Source of the DNA: Oopsacas minuta
Lineage: Eukaryota; Animalia; Porifera
Direction: 5' to 3'
Assembly: GCA_024704765.1 (NCBI GenBank)
Contig: JAKMXF010000199.1
Span: forward strand, 662,448-726,447
Length of the DNA stretch: 64,000 nucleotides
The position numbers and the translations under genes are program-made. Of the stretch, positions 38,148 through 51,257 are shown piece after piece (position 1 is the stretch's first letter; the number at the start of each line of letters is the position of its first letter). The notes under the pieces were generated by a model. That model made no database searches and was not told the origin of the DNA. It saw only the letters and a program-made list of their open reading frames with translations.

Positions 38148-39749
38148 TATAATATATGGCATAGCTGTTGCGCATTGACGAACACTCTGCAGGGTTCTAA
38201 TTTCCAAACACCAATACCGAAGTAGGGACTACCTATAGCTACTCTCCATTGGAGGAGGTCGTTGGTTGCTCATTCCTACTTTATGGATAAGACTTTGAGG
38301 ATTATGTACTCGATTTGTTTCGGTGCCAACTTGACCTCATTGTTTGTCTAGATTTGCTGGCTCCTGTGTCAATCTGAACTTTCCTCGAAATTGCTAATAT
38401 TGAATATTTTCGCCAGATATTATCTAAAATAGGTACAAGTACTCGAATCTTATTTTCTGACGGTCAATTTAGATGATTTGTATCTTCTCAGATGACGTCA
38501 AATGAATCAAGTCCGAGTTATGAAAGGCATATCTTCAAAGGGCCGGGTGATTTCTCAGACTCATCCCAATTTTCCGTTTAAGAGGATATCTCCAATATTC
38601 CAACATCTCCTGTACCTCCTGTGGATAATACCTTGCCTTTATGTTCTCTTCAATCTGAATCTACATTTCAGACAACAGTTAGTCTAACTTCACCACGGAT
38701 ATCCAAAGTATTCACCTAACTTGGATTATCTCCTACACATCTCAAGAACAAGATTGTCTTCATTTGATAAATGTGTGGGACGCCCTCGAAAGCCACAGTA
38801 GAAACATGGCTGATTAGGGTAAACATTTTGATACTCAAAACTCCAAGAAAGTCTTATTTCTGAATTCATCATAGTTGAAAACATAGGATTGTGTAATTAG
38901 ATACAGAATTTAGGCTTGTTCATGACTGTACTATGAACAGATAATGAAGTAATTATTCCCATGACATTGAAGAATGTTATTCATTCTAATAATAGTAAGT
39001 ATTAAAGTCATTTTCCACGAGTTAGTTGGAATGGAACATAACATTTTGTGTATAATGTAGTCAATATAGCTTTCTAAAATCATAGAAAAAGGTTTGTGTA
39101 CATACTGTTACAAAATAATTTATAAAGACCAATATTCTCTATGTACAAAATATAGAATATATCAGAATGAACAAATAAGAGTAGGTCAAAAGTTTTTTTG
39201 AGGGCACTCGTGATCGCATGGTTTTATGACTGAAACAGTTAGAGAAGATATTTTCCTTCCAGATTTTACTAAATATAGGGTAGCGAAACGTAGCGACCGT
39301 GACCATAACACCAACGGAAAAAGGCGAGGTTTATCTTTCAGACAAAAGTCCCCTTCTAGAGGAATTAATATTATATTTGCTAATTAGCTAATCCGAAGAT
39401 AGGAATGCATTAATACTATTGATATACCATATATTATTATCCAGAAACAGCTAATTTCCTGAAAATCAGTGCCTTCCAAGGATACATTTTGAAATATTTA
39501 TGGACAAAGATTAAGTTTCAAACAAATATCCTGGCATTCCTTTTTCAATATCTAATGAAATTTTCATCTCCCATCCATTATAAATAAGACAACGAAGTAA
39601 ATAATCAAATTTTTATCATTGTCGTATCCAAAACATAAATCATTATTAAATGAATAAAAGGAAGCATGAAATATTCTGATGTCATTTGATGAAAACATTA
39701 GACAGGCAGCTTGTTCCATATTACAATCGATGAAGCTTCTGAAAATAAT

Positions 39750-41908
39750 GTAGCGGTATTACGCCAAAATTTGCAACCGTGAAGGATTTCGAAAGAGTTT
39801 CGTGAAGAATAAGGACCATGCCACCTGGGAGAATATCTTGTTTTACGACAAGTGGTGAAGGAACAACACCCAAATTAACGTAAATAGGTAGATTACCCTG
39901 AATATTTACGCAATACAAATGTGTTTATTGAAGATACATGTGAAGAGAGGAAACCACTACATCACCTTACACGCCAGGCTGTCAGAAAAAGGTTGTACAA
40001 ATTATTCGATCACCTCCGATTTATTGCTGATGAAGAGGATATGGATGCCTTAACAATTACCGCCTATTTGCTGCAGTTAGTATCTAATTATTGTTGTGAT
40101 CGTGATACTTCAAATGTACCAAAAGAAATAGTCACGAAAGGAACATTTTCAAATCCACGAAGAGAATTTCCATTGACTAAAGCAGCATATATATTAGACC
40201 TCATGGAAATGGGAAATAGGAAACATATAGAATTTCGCCAGTAGTGTCTTTCCGGGCAATTCATACTGCCAGCATGTAAGAACATTGCCAAGTTTCTTTC
40301 TGATATTTCACTAGTCAATGAAATACAGATTGTCCGATAAGCTTGGATTTTCTATAGGATCTAGCACATCACACTATCAACTAGTCCAGTAGAGAACTGA
40401 GCGTATCCTAGAAACAATTTAACCTGTAGATACCAGTTCTTTTCCTCTAACTTTCAATCTTGCAGATGGTTTAGATGGATCTGGCAGCCACAGAATTAAC
40501 AATCAGATACAATGTAATCCTAATCTAAGTACAAAACCTTTCATTCTCTTTATTTTTAAAGCTATATCAATTTCAAACAAATATGGTAATCACCTTTGGT
40601 CAATTGCTTCTGCAAATTCACCTTTCGCAGCAAGGCTAGTAACTCTAATTTTTCAGAAAGAAACTATGACAACGTGCAATAGATTATGGAAGAAATGGTC
40701 AATGCAGAAACTAGCAGCCTAGGAAGTTTAAGAATAGAATTGCGACAAGAAAAAGTTAATGTTAATTTTATAAGGGCAATGTTTGATTCGAAGATGTCAG
40801 GAATAATAAGTGGAGCTGGAGGGGCGTATTGCCAACTCTCCACAGGAACTAGAGATCAGTTGAAAGCTATAGATTTAATTCAATCTGATTTCTTCATAAA
40901 CTGAACTATTGATGATGCCAAACAAAACTTTCTAGATGTAGAACTTATTTGTGTGTCTTTCGCTGGCTTATGCCATTAATATATCATTTGGATAGCTGAA
41001 TAAAGAAATAGCTGCCCTCATATCATCAAGTCAAAACTTCAATGCACCGAATGCGTAATCTCTTGCTTGGGAAGACGGCTTCGAATAGATTATCTATCCA
41101 GTAATGGCTGTACTACTACTACAGGTAATATAACAAGAAAATGTTTTCTCAATGAAAAAGATTCTGCTGCTTGTGCTATACCCACGATGATTGAAGAAGA
41201 CCGACTTGCTCTTAACATTATTCACACAAACCTCTGAGTCATTTTACGGATATAAATCTAATAAAAGGATAGGCACTGATAAACTCTCCACCATTTGCAA
41301 AGATACTTACGAGGAAATACTTCATAAATTCCTTATACATTCTTCAGAATTAATCTGTGATTTCAATGACGGTTCGGATTGAAGACTTTATCTGAAGAAT
41401 TGCTGGAATCCGTAAACAAACATAAAAGAAGATATAGGGAGAAAGTTGCTCGTAAATTTCTTTGGAAGACAATGTAAGTGACATCTTCGTTAGACCCATG
41501 AGTCAGAGTGATCCTATCCTTGTTCAAAACCGTAAAATATCAGAGGTTCGAAATGAAAAATAAACAATCTAAACAAAATATGATGGTAGATAGTTTAATA
41601 CTTTACTCAATTTCTTAATCTAGTGCATCAATTAGTACTGTATCATATATCAACATACTAACGTAATATAGTAATATAATATACTTAATTCAATACTTAT
41701 CACTTAAAAATTAGGAAAAATATAATTGAACATATATAATATGAAGGGTAGAATGGCGTAATTCCAGGAAAATCTGAAGCCATATATACAATCTGATAGG
41801 TTTATCGGATAGTTTGGATCGATAACCCATAAGTGTATAATACATTATGCATAGCTGGCACATATCTAAATACCTAATCCGCCAATGTTGCCAATTTGAG
41901 CCACTGTG
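39750..41908 (+). mobile_element. Transib/RAG1-like transposon relic: transposase pseudogene ~39900-41560 plus right TIR ending CACTGTG
   Basis: NBD-like RKPLHHLTRQAVRKRLYKL. DDE motifs: GLDGSGSH (D at 40474), NSPFAARLV, MFDSKM..GGAYCQL (D at 40785), TTTGNITRKCF, LHKFLIHSSELI and LSEELLESVNKHKRRYRE (E at 41406). The heptamer complement cactgtg is at 41902-41908. Confidence 0.8.
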
Positions 41909-43150
41909 AGAGCGTCGCTTCTATGAAATATGTATACAACATGTACACCATCTCTTACAGATATGTCTGATGCCGCTAACCAGCTTCGCCAAAGATCAGA
42001 CTATGAAGTATCACCTTAATCTAACGCTACCAACCCTTCAGCTTTGATAACTCCTGGAAGACCAGAGGATTTTATTCCAACATAGGATTCGATGCTGTTA
42101 TCTCTAAGGACACCAAAATGGTACTGGACTACGAAATCACTAGCCGTTTCTGTGAGAAGTGCTCTATATGGGCAGAGGAGAAACGGATATACGGTCAGGC
42201 GAGTACGAGAAGTGGTTAGAACGTCATAATCCAAGCTGTAATCGAAACTACACTGGATCTTCTCAAAATATGGAGCCTGAAATAGCGAAGAGGATTTGGG
42301 GACGCTCCTTATAGAAGAATTACCTGGCATACTCAGTTTTTGTCAGATACAGAGATTCAGCAAGTGGAAGAACTAAATCCATCCAATCTTGTGAAGATTC
42401 GAGAAGAGGAATCTAAAACGCAAATAGTCAAATGTCTAAAGAAGAAGAAGAAGTGCCAAAATAATACTTTTGTACAACTCCCACTATCTGAATGGAAGAC
42501 TGATTATATCTCCACAAATTCCTCTACTGTCATCTATCAACACCGTTGTTTATCATCAATCATGCTGTGTTCTGCTTTACAAATACTAGTTGATAATGTG
42601 GCAGGGATCATTCTGGCTGCCTAACTGGAGAGAAATGATGGTGTGGGGGAGAAACCCATCAGGTTTTTCAACACCTAATGCTCTGACAACCTTCAAACCA
42701 ATTGACATAGAAATGGTGAAAGAAGTACTCAATACCTATGCGGCAGAAGAATTCTGGAACCATCTGACATTAGGACTGACTCAAAATGCTAATAAATCCT
42801 TACACAACACTATATGGAGTCTCTCTCTCCCAAAAGAAAGAACTTATCACCTCAATCTATTTAGGATTAGTACTGCTATCGCTGTCCTAACCTCTAGCGA
42901 AGGGGAGCTTACACTATTCGGAATCCTGACTGACCTTGGTCTGCATCCCTCTTGCCGGACTTATAGTGCAATTCTGAAAGGAGAATTCTGTTCAGATCAT
43001 TCTCGATAGGCTCAGAGGAAGTCGAATTAACAAAGACGATGAAGAAGAGCGAGACTATTAAAGCAATAAAGAGAGATAGTGCCCTGTTGAAAGCATAAGG
43101 CGAAAGAGCTATAAAGGGCGGCAGTTTGAGGCTGAGAATGCCCCAAAGAA
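41909..43150 (+). pseudogene. PF20700 Mutator-like / Kolobok-type transposase, copy 2, 5'-truncated at the RAG1-like TIR
   Basis: FDNSWKTRGFYSNIG..VLDYEITSRFCEKC, NYTGSSQNMEPEIAKRIWGRS, LGLTQNANKSLHNTIW. Confidence 0.75.
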
Positions 43151-45249
43151 GAAATGTGTCAGGGCTCGAGGACGGTTCGGTATAACCGGTAGAGGATATG
43201 CTGGAATGAAGAGATGTGCGAGCGTGCATGGCTTTCTCTTGTTTCTACACGTCTTCTAGCTAAACCAGTAGCTCTGAGGAGTCGGATGCCTCGTACAGTA
43301 CATGCCAGAAGAAAGAACCAGAACCTATGACAAAGAGGAAACTTGGAAAGAATCAATCCGATTGGGTATGATGTGACAACTGCTCTGGATGGGTTCATGC
43401 TATTGTGCTTACCTAGCATTCAGGCCGTGTCCAAAGCCTCTTTTACTATGATTCGTGTTCTTGAAAGGTAAAATCATATACTTTGAAATCTACCACTAGT
43501 GATCGACAAACTTATTTTTTCCTGATATCGTTATTCAACAGAAATCAAAAAGATGTTCCGAACGTTGTTTGAGGCTAAATTATTTCCTAAATATTAGCGG
43601 TTTAGCTGTAGCGAATCATTTTTGAATAATTCGGCATGTAAATATCCGGCCATAATATTCAACAGAAAACAATTTCGATCACTGTTTCTACCCACGTTTA
43701 ACGTTATCCCTTGCATAATTTAGTATTACCAGATGATTACTAGAACTCACTACGAGTATACATGCCAAATATGGTGTCTTAATCTCTAAAGGTGTGAACA
43801 GAAGATAAATAAAATTCCAAGTTTTACGAAATGTTCGCTGGTTGCATAAAGCAAGCGCGCGGACCTTACTTGTATCATCCAATGATAATTTTGTAAATGG
43901 GCCAAGACACCTAGAAAAAGCCTTCTGCAGGAGCTAGCAGAAGCTGAAGGCGATTACCAGGAGAGTAATGGGTAGATACATCTCGAATTATTCATTATCT
44001 ATCAGTTCGAGTTAAGAGACCATCCAAACTGTAATTACTCCTAATATGTTTGGAGAAATATAGAAATGACGCCTGCGATGCGAGTAGATTAATCTCGGCT
44101 ATGGTTGGCTCAGTCTTGTTGAAACATGGTTAGACAAAGGTAGCAAGTATAATTTTGCGCGCTAACCATAAGTTGGTTTACGAGAAATGTAAAATGGTCT
44201 GATGAAGGAGAAATTATAATCTGATTCTTTGGAGACCATGTTAGAGTAACTCTAACATAGCTTACGGGTAGACGTATTCTAAACTATCGTCGTTACCCGA
44301 ATCAACTAGATAATGCTATTAAGCGAAGTTGACTATGCATAATTTTGAATCGCTAAGTTTGTCATAAATGTTTTAGAAGTTGTAAGGAATATATCATAAA
44401 TTATACAATAAAACCTTGCTCAATGCCCCTTCTGAGTTACCGATTTCAAAAAGGGAAGAAAATGATTGAGTTTCAACATCTAGTAGAGTTTATTAACGAA
44501 TATACAAATCAAGTCGCAAAGACTGACAAGTACGTGCTGTAAAAATTGCTGTGGGAGTTGAATTGTGAAACATAGTCACATTTAGCGTGGAGCATTATTC
44601 ATAATAAAATACGACCATATTTAGTGAAGATGCATTTTGTATTACCAAAAGATTTGGAATCAAAATCCGATACATGTGGTTAATTAATATGTTGATTTGG
44701 CATTTTGGACCATGGATTATATCCATAAAATATACTGCTGTTGCTGAATGGAAAATGTCTAATAAAGTAATAGTAAAATTGACTCTGTACATAAATAGCC
44801 ACTAAATTGGAAGACAACACCTAGTTGCAAAAAAAAAACACTCATTCCTAAGAGCATGATTTCTGAAAGAATATTTTGTATTTGCTATATTGCTATCCTT
44901 AACGGGGTAGAGTATTTGCGTAAGTTGTAGAGTTGTATATCTATTTAGTTTTTAGTATGTGTTAGGATTTGTGTTTTTGTATTCTTTGAATTTTAGTTCC
45001 AATAGTTACTTATTAAATAATACGATAATATTGCGAATTATTCGTCGAATTGTGTGATGTTTCATCCCGACCGGAATCGTCAGTTAAGCTGTCATTAGAC
45101 ACCGCCTAGCACTATGATTAATTTCATAAATATATCAACCAAAAGGTGTGGTAATCGCCATTACCGACAGGTGACATTATGGAGACTATCAAGTGATCAG
45201 CTATAAGATTTGAGAAAATCTAGATCGGGACACAGTCCGTCATACGGCA

Positions 45250-46560
45250 CAAAGAAACTTGTCGATGTTTAGCTGATCACTGTGCAAAAATTGGGCAGTA
45301 ATTCAAAGTAAACAATGAAAAGCAAATAAATGAACTAACTTCGGCTCCCCTGTCCAGTTTGGTGCATCTCTGATTGTAATATCTGTGGCACTGTGTACAT
45401 TTAGCCATTTTACCTCCGACCACACAGATATTTCTTGGTGTCGTTGAGATTGTCGGCACTTTAACTTTAGCTAACATATTTCACAGTGCTTTTGAATGGT
45501 TGTCTCACTTTCATTGTCAGAAGTGTTTGAGTCGGTCTAGGTAATAGATTGTTCAGAATCATGGGATTCAGTTTGCATTGCTAGTCGTCGTTTCACAATA
45601 TCCCGGTCTTTATTGCAACTCGGATAATTGATGACACTCGCGGTCTTCTTTCTCTGCGCGCTCGATTTTGTTTAGCTGGCTCTCTGAATGTTTCAGCTCC
45701 AAGGGAACTTGACATATAACTACGCCCACCTTCAACATTGAGTAGATCTTTTTCACGGCGCAGCATGGAGAGTTTTTGTCTTCTTGGTCGTCAAGAAACA
45801 TTGGGTTTTTTGTTGTAGTTTTGTGATTTTTCGTGACTCATTCACGTTTAGCAACGGACGTAAAATAAGAAAGTCAAGGCTATAGATTTAGGTCTGACAT
45901 AAATCTATAGATACTAATTTCGCCCTCATTGAATATGGTTGCTGCGATTGCCTTCGAAAATCGCACGCTCTGTGGAGAAATTTACTTTAGTGATTTTTGC
46001 TTCAATCGACACCAAATATCAGTAGGGCAACACCTATGCTCGCCAGCGATGTGGTGGTATAGTGTTGACTCCTTTAGCATGATCGGCTGGTGATATGCCT
46101 GTTTTGAAAGATAACTGTAGAGTAGTTGCACATGGTAAAACAGCTTTTGTCTCGGGTAAGTTTGTGCTGAACATATGTATTGTTCTTGTGTTCTTTTTGA
46201 TCTTACATAGAGCCTTCTTCACTCCCTTAGACACGTGGGCCACGCACTCTTGCTTATGAATGGGAGTTGAGCCATATAGGTCCATCGGGGAGGCCTGGGT
46301 GTAAGATTTGGAATAGCCATCTCCAATAAAGGTGCTATACCGTTATAACATAGTTTTCGTTTCCCAATATATCTAATCCATATAGTTTAGGTACTTCAGG
46401 CTCCATAAATTAGCTGAATCCACTGTAATTCTTCTTACAACGTGGCTTATGTGTTTCGTACCACTTTCCAGATTCATCGGGTGTTCATTTTGTCGCTCTA
46501 TGGACCATTCAGCCAACTTCACACTCATCCTCATCTGACACATTCTATATTTGTTCTCAA
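45250..46560 (-). pseudogene. PF20700 Mutator-like / Kolobok-type transposase, copy 3, with downstream PHD-like Cys/His motif
   Basis: YSTFIGDGYSK, HKQECVAHVSK and AIAATIFNEG. 45277-45477 reads CVVGGKMAKCTQCHRYYNQRC..FIC. Confidence 0.7.
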
Positions 46561-46929
46561 GTATTATTAGATCCGCTATTTTAGTACTGATTTTTGTTTC
46601 ATCATAGTGCTTGTTCTAACATTATGCAACCTACACAGACTACGTTACTATAGACTATTCACTAAGTGATTCCAAAGTTACCATCGATTACGTCAAGTCT
46701 ATTTTGTAAAGCACCCATAGTATAAATTTACTACAATTTGATTAAAGTCAATTTTTTATTCCACAACTCCATCTATAGACTCTATACCTAATTTCCACAC
46801 CCTCACTCCTTTTTAACTTTTACTTTATATTTATCATTTTCTTCCTTCTACATTAGCCATAACATGCCCAATAGGTGTAGTGTTGCTAATTGCACTTCAA
46901 ATTATAATGGTACTTAATACACTCCTGTT

Positions 46930-48400
46930 TTTGAGATGCTGAATCACTGGTCTAAGTAAGTACAAGATGAATGGAGAAAATTTTGTCATTGAGATGATGC
47001 CTGGCAATTGACTATAGTTTCATCTGTGCTAAGCATTTTAATGAGAAGGACCTGTTACTTACTATTGAAATACGTCAGGGGGATGGTTCTATCAAGAAGG
47101 TTCCCAAAAGCCTGGCCTTCGCAAAGATTCCAAGCCTAGTATCCTACCAAATTGGCCATTTTACTTACAAAGTCAAAATGAACCTCCTCAACGTCTTGAC
47201 CGTGATGAATTAGATATCAGACACTTTCATCATGCACTTGAGTTGAGTATTGCTGAACATCAAACAGAGAATGAAAAATACTCAGTAATTAGTATTGATG
47301 AAGTCCTACAGAAGCATCCTATGTTAAACTTGCAAGAAGAATGGTTATGGTTATCTATTCGCTCTAGTCAATTTAGCCTCCACATCTTCAGAAAAATCTT
47401 ATCTAGACACAAACTCATCATGTGCCACCAAATTATATTAAATATAGAATTGTCTGTCGAATGTTTTCTTAATGAATTATCAATTCGAACTCGGATTTCT
47501 CAGATAACTGACATACGTGAGATTTCCCAATTACTGCAAGATCTCGACTCGTTTCAAAAACAGATGAAATTCAAATGGGAATCGCCAAAGCTATCGAGAG
47601 TGTTAAATGCATAGTGGAAAAGTTAACAACTAACGAAGATACCACGGTACATAATTCTCAAACTTTACTTAATCGTTTACAATTTATTCTATGTCAGCTC
47701 GAAAACTTGGATATTTATAAATAAGACGTCGTTATAACGTCTTGTCATTAGTCCTCTCACTCAAAACTCAATTGATATCTTCTGGTTGTTACCGATATTT
47801 ACAATCATTAGATTGTCTTTGTTTACCTCATCCCTCAACTCTCAAGCGGGTATTTTCAAACATTGGTTTAGATACGGATTTTATTGATTGCTTGAAAGTT
47901 GAATGCCAGAATATTAATAAGTTCAAGAGACATGTTCTTTTACAACTTGATGAATTTCATGTACAATCCCAGTATACCTACGAAGGAGGAAGAGTCTTTG
48001 GTCCTCCCTTTATCAGTCCAGATTCCACTGTACATGTTAACCACTCTTCTGACTTAATCCAGCTAACACTGTTTTCGCATTTCAGATTTCAAGCCTCTTC
48101 AATAGCCAGAAATTGTAAGGCTCCTTCCATGTTGTAATCGCAAATCCTCTGAATTACTTCCAATAGTAAAACAAGTGATTATTGACATCGAAAGTTGTGG
48201 CCTAAAAGTGATAGCAATCTGCACTGACGATTACCAGTTAAACGTGAGTTTATTCAAATCGCTAGCTAGTTCATCTAACTTGCAGTTAAGTTTCCCAGAT
48301 CCAGCTGACCCCTCTCGAGCTATATTCTTAATGTTTGATCCTGTTTAATTATTAAATGTATTCGGAATAATTGGATAAATCAGAAAGATCATACCGTAAA
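46930..48400 (+). pseudogene. P-element/THAP9-like transposase remnant
   Basis: THAP-like ICAKHFNEKD..PSILP, then LCLPHPSTLKR and VLLQLDEFHVQSQYTYEGGRVFG. Confidence 0.8.
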
Positions 48401-48457
48401 TCATTTCCTTGACAACGGACAAACAGACAAACATTCATTGAGATTTAATAATATAGA
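48395..48457 (-). mobile_element. Helitron-type non-autonomous 5' end fragment
   Basis: The minus strand reads A|TCTATATTATTAAATC..TGTTTGTCTGTTTGTCCGTTG, similar to the microsatellite segment at 12627-12675. Confidence 0.5.
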
Positions 48458-50024
48458 TTATACATAATAATTAACCAATATTAACCAAATTTTCCATGGG
48501 ACGAGATTTCCGAATGCGTAAGGAAGAGTAATGCAGTGATCAAATATTTTGAGTACTCAAATAACTTAAGCCAGGCGGGCCGTAGATTACCCACCCCTGC
48601 TCTATATTATCAAATCTGATCCATATCACAATAGGATTTTAATCTAATGGTTAGAAATCAGGATAATACCAAACTTCTATTGATTATTTAGAGGTATTTA
48701 TTCGTGTACTATTTACGGAGAAACTAATACTGACAACCGCGGTTAATAGTTACTCGAAAAGACGTACTCAGATCAAACGTGCTCGGTTAATGCGTATTTC
48801 AATTTGTTTGCCAAGCGAATACTTCTTAACCAAGTTCTACTGTAGTAGCAACACGCCATTACCCACTCAAGAAGAGAATTTGCAGAAAATACGTTATTAT
48901 ATCCATTGAATAAATTAGTACAAAGCTCAGCTCTACTAGAGCACAGTTATCGACCCCATTAGTGTTGAGTATAATGCAATATATAATATGGAGGTCTATG
49001 TATCTTGTTTTGGCATCTTGTTGATGGGAATTTGTTTCGATTGAGTGATTATGCCTCTTTATCGTGGTTGTGTTTATTTTGCTATTAAATGTGGACTTGA
49101 GCTTTTATATCGCATTAAGTCGTTATTTATAATTGTATATTATTGGCATAATTGTTAAGATCATTGTTTAATAACTTGCTGCTCTCGATTCGAGTCCACA
49201 CCTCCCTTTACTTTTTCGACTGTAGATTACCTGAAATTGAATAACTTAATTTGATTATATGAATTACCCCATGATTTCAATATTTGTACCACTAATATGG
49301 AGAACTGTGCTGTAGTGGAGCTAAGCTCTCTCTATATTATCTCTTATTCATTAAGATTAGTTACTAATCCAATGAATTAATTCGGATAAGAAGTACCTCA
49401 GTTAGTAAATACTTTCTTATTTACTAAGTTAGTACGTCTTAACAGAGTTCTAATGTAGTCGTCTATAGGGCCTTAGGAACGTATTTTGGGAATTAGGTGC
49501 AACTTTACACAAATATGGAGGGTCAAGCCCCTCTTAGCAATGGCCTTGTTCCTCATTCAGGGGAGTTGCACGGCCCTTAAAATATGGTCATACCAAATGT
49601 GAGGTTCCCCATAGATATATTGCACCATCCATTTAAGTTCTGGCAATTGCATAGAAGGCCAGAGCGAGTGTTACGCCTATATAAGGCTTGCATTACATTT
49701 ACTATGGGAGAAGGTATCCGACTCTCCAGCACAAAATTTCCATTAAGAAGGGGGTGGCAAATTAATTACTTCTAAAAAGATTTCAGAGAGGTAAACATGA
49801 ACATAACTTATCCGCCAATAATTGTTGGAACCAATAGCCTGCATATGACAATAAATACTTTCTAGAAATTCAAAAACTACCCTAAATATATAAATATTAG
49901 AAATGAGGGCCCCTCCAAGTGAGCTTTCAGGAATCCAATAAAACCAAGTTCAGTACATAGAAAATATCTCCCATAATATCGGCCGCCTTGATACGTGTAT
50001 AATATAAATAGACATGTGCATATA

Positions 50025-51257
50025 TTAATCTACACCATTGTATACACTCCTTCGAATATATAAACATGAAACAAAACAGACGGAAATAAGAATTAAGGGA
50101 AACAATTTAATAAAAATAGGATAAAAATATAGTAATCTCATTTGAGAACCAGAAATATCAGCAAAGATAGCTTCTACAGCAAACCAATAAGAATAACCCG
50201 ATATAGAGATGGTCTCTCTTCGCAAGACCATTTTTATGAATTGTTCCAAAATAGTGATATTTAGATCAACTTCTGGTGCAAAACGTTCTTTCATATAAAT
50301 TCCTAGTTCAAAATATAGTAAGTTTGATGTATTCCAAATAACAAATCTAGGAAGTTTTGGACAAGCTCCGATAACTTTCTCAATTATATCACAAGAACTA
50401 GTAGATAATATAAATATATTATCTATGAATTTCCGTTCTCGAGCCAGAGTGAATATAGTTTTATTCCATTTCTGAGTTTCAATTGAATGATCATCAGAGT
50501 ATGCAAATATTCCAAGAAGTAGATTCTTTGAGTTAGAAACTATATGATACATATCAGAATAATGAATTTGAGGGAATATATCATATTGTTCTTGATGAAT
50601 CCAACGATTGAGCCTTAGAACAGAAATTTCACCTTCATAAAAATATGGTTGTGAATTTTTGTAAACAACAAAACTTGGATACGAAAATATTTCTTTATGA
50701 AAAATAATGTTTAATGCATAGAAAAATTTTGCTTTATGTTTCAGACCAATAGCAGCATTCGAATACATCTCATGTATTAAGGTGTTCACTGTTTCATTGT
50801 AGATACATAGAAAAAATACTTTATGTTCTACTAGGATCCTCCTAAATTGTGATTGTTCCGAGATTTCAACTAACAAATTGGCACTAATGGATTCAATATA
50901 ACCAAGAAGGGATATTTTGCTCAAGTCACCAGATAATTCATATTTAATACCATAATTATAGAATAGTACAGTAGGTGTAGACGTTATCCCAATTGATGAA
51001 CTAAATGTTTTATAAGTGTTAACATCTAATTTAGCTACTAGGAGACCAGTGATAGATTTATTGCTTGCTATATCTTCCAAACAGAGAAATAAATCGATTG
51101 AGCGAGAGCACCATGGGGTATAAAATAAGACAAGCCATTTACCGTTGGATGAAATTGCTCTGAATCCATCATCGAGTTCAATTACACCGGTAGATGAAGT
51201 TCTTTGGAACTTTGAACAATAAAGAATGGAGTATAACAGAGCCAAAAAGACAAACAT
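50025..51257 (-). CDS. TMX3: TMX3-like ER membrane thioredoxin/PDI (signal peptide, three Trx-fold domains, TM helix), intronless; likely start is the third ATG (Met44 of the 453-aa ORF, which extends to 51386)
   Basis: Signal-like MFVFLALLYSILYCS, then VIELDDGF..KWLVLFYTPWCSRS, VAKLDV and GITSTPTVLF. b-type domains YPSFVVYK..FYEG..LNRWI..F. C-terminal TM YPIFIKLFPLILISVCFVSCLYI. Confidence 0.82.
   Translation of the reverse strand: MFVFLALLYSILYCSKFQRTSSTGVIELDDGFRAISSNGKWLVLFYTPWCSRSIDLFLCLEDIASNKSITGLLVAKLDVNTYKTFSSSIGITSTPTVLFYNYGIKYELSGDLSKISLLGYIESISANLLVEISEQSQFRRILVEHKVFFLCIYNETVNTLIHEMYSNAAIGLKHKAKFFYALNIIFHKEIFSYPSFVVYKNSQPYFYEGEISVLRLNRWIHQEQYDIFPQIHYSDMYHIVSNSKNLLLGIFAYSDDHSIETQKWNKTIFTLARERKFIDNIFILSTSSCDIIEKVIGACPKLPRFVIWNTSNLLYFELGIYMKERFAPEVDLNITILEQFIKMVLRRETISISGYSYWFAVEAIFADISGSQMRLLYFYPIFIKLFPLILISVCFVSCLYIRRSVYNGVD

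Noticed and set aside
38340-39212. Possible additional mariner/Tc1-like remnant ending at ...gagggcactcgtg
   Set aside because: Only a TIR-like end and a weak GRP-containing fragment, too degenerate to annotate.
41560-41908. RAG2-like gene or RSS nonamer next to the RAG1-like transposase
   Set aside because: Only ~350 bp of AT-rich sequence lies before the heptamer, and there is no ACAAAAACC at a 12- or 23-bp spacing.
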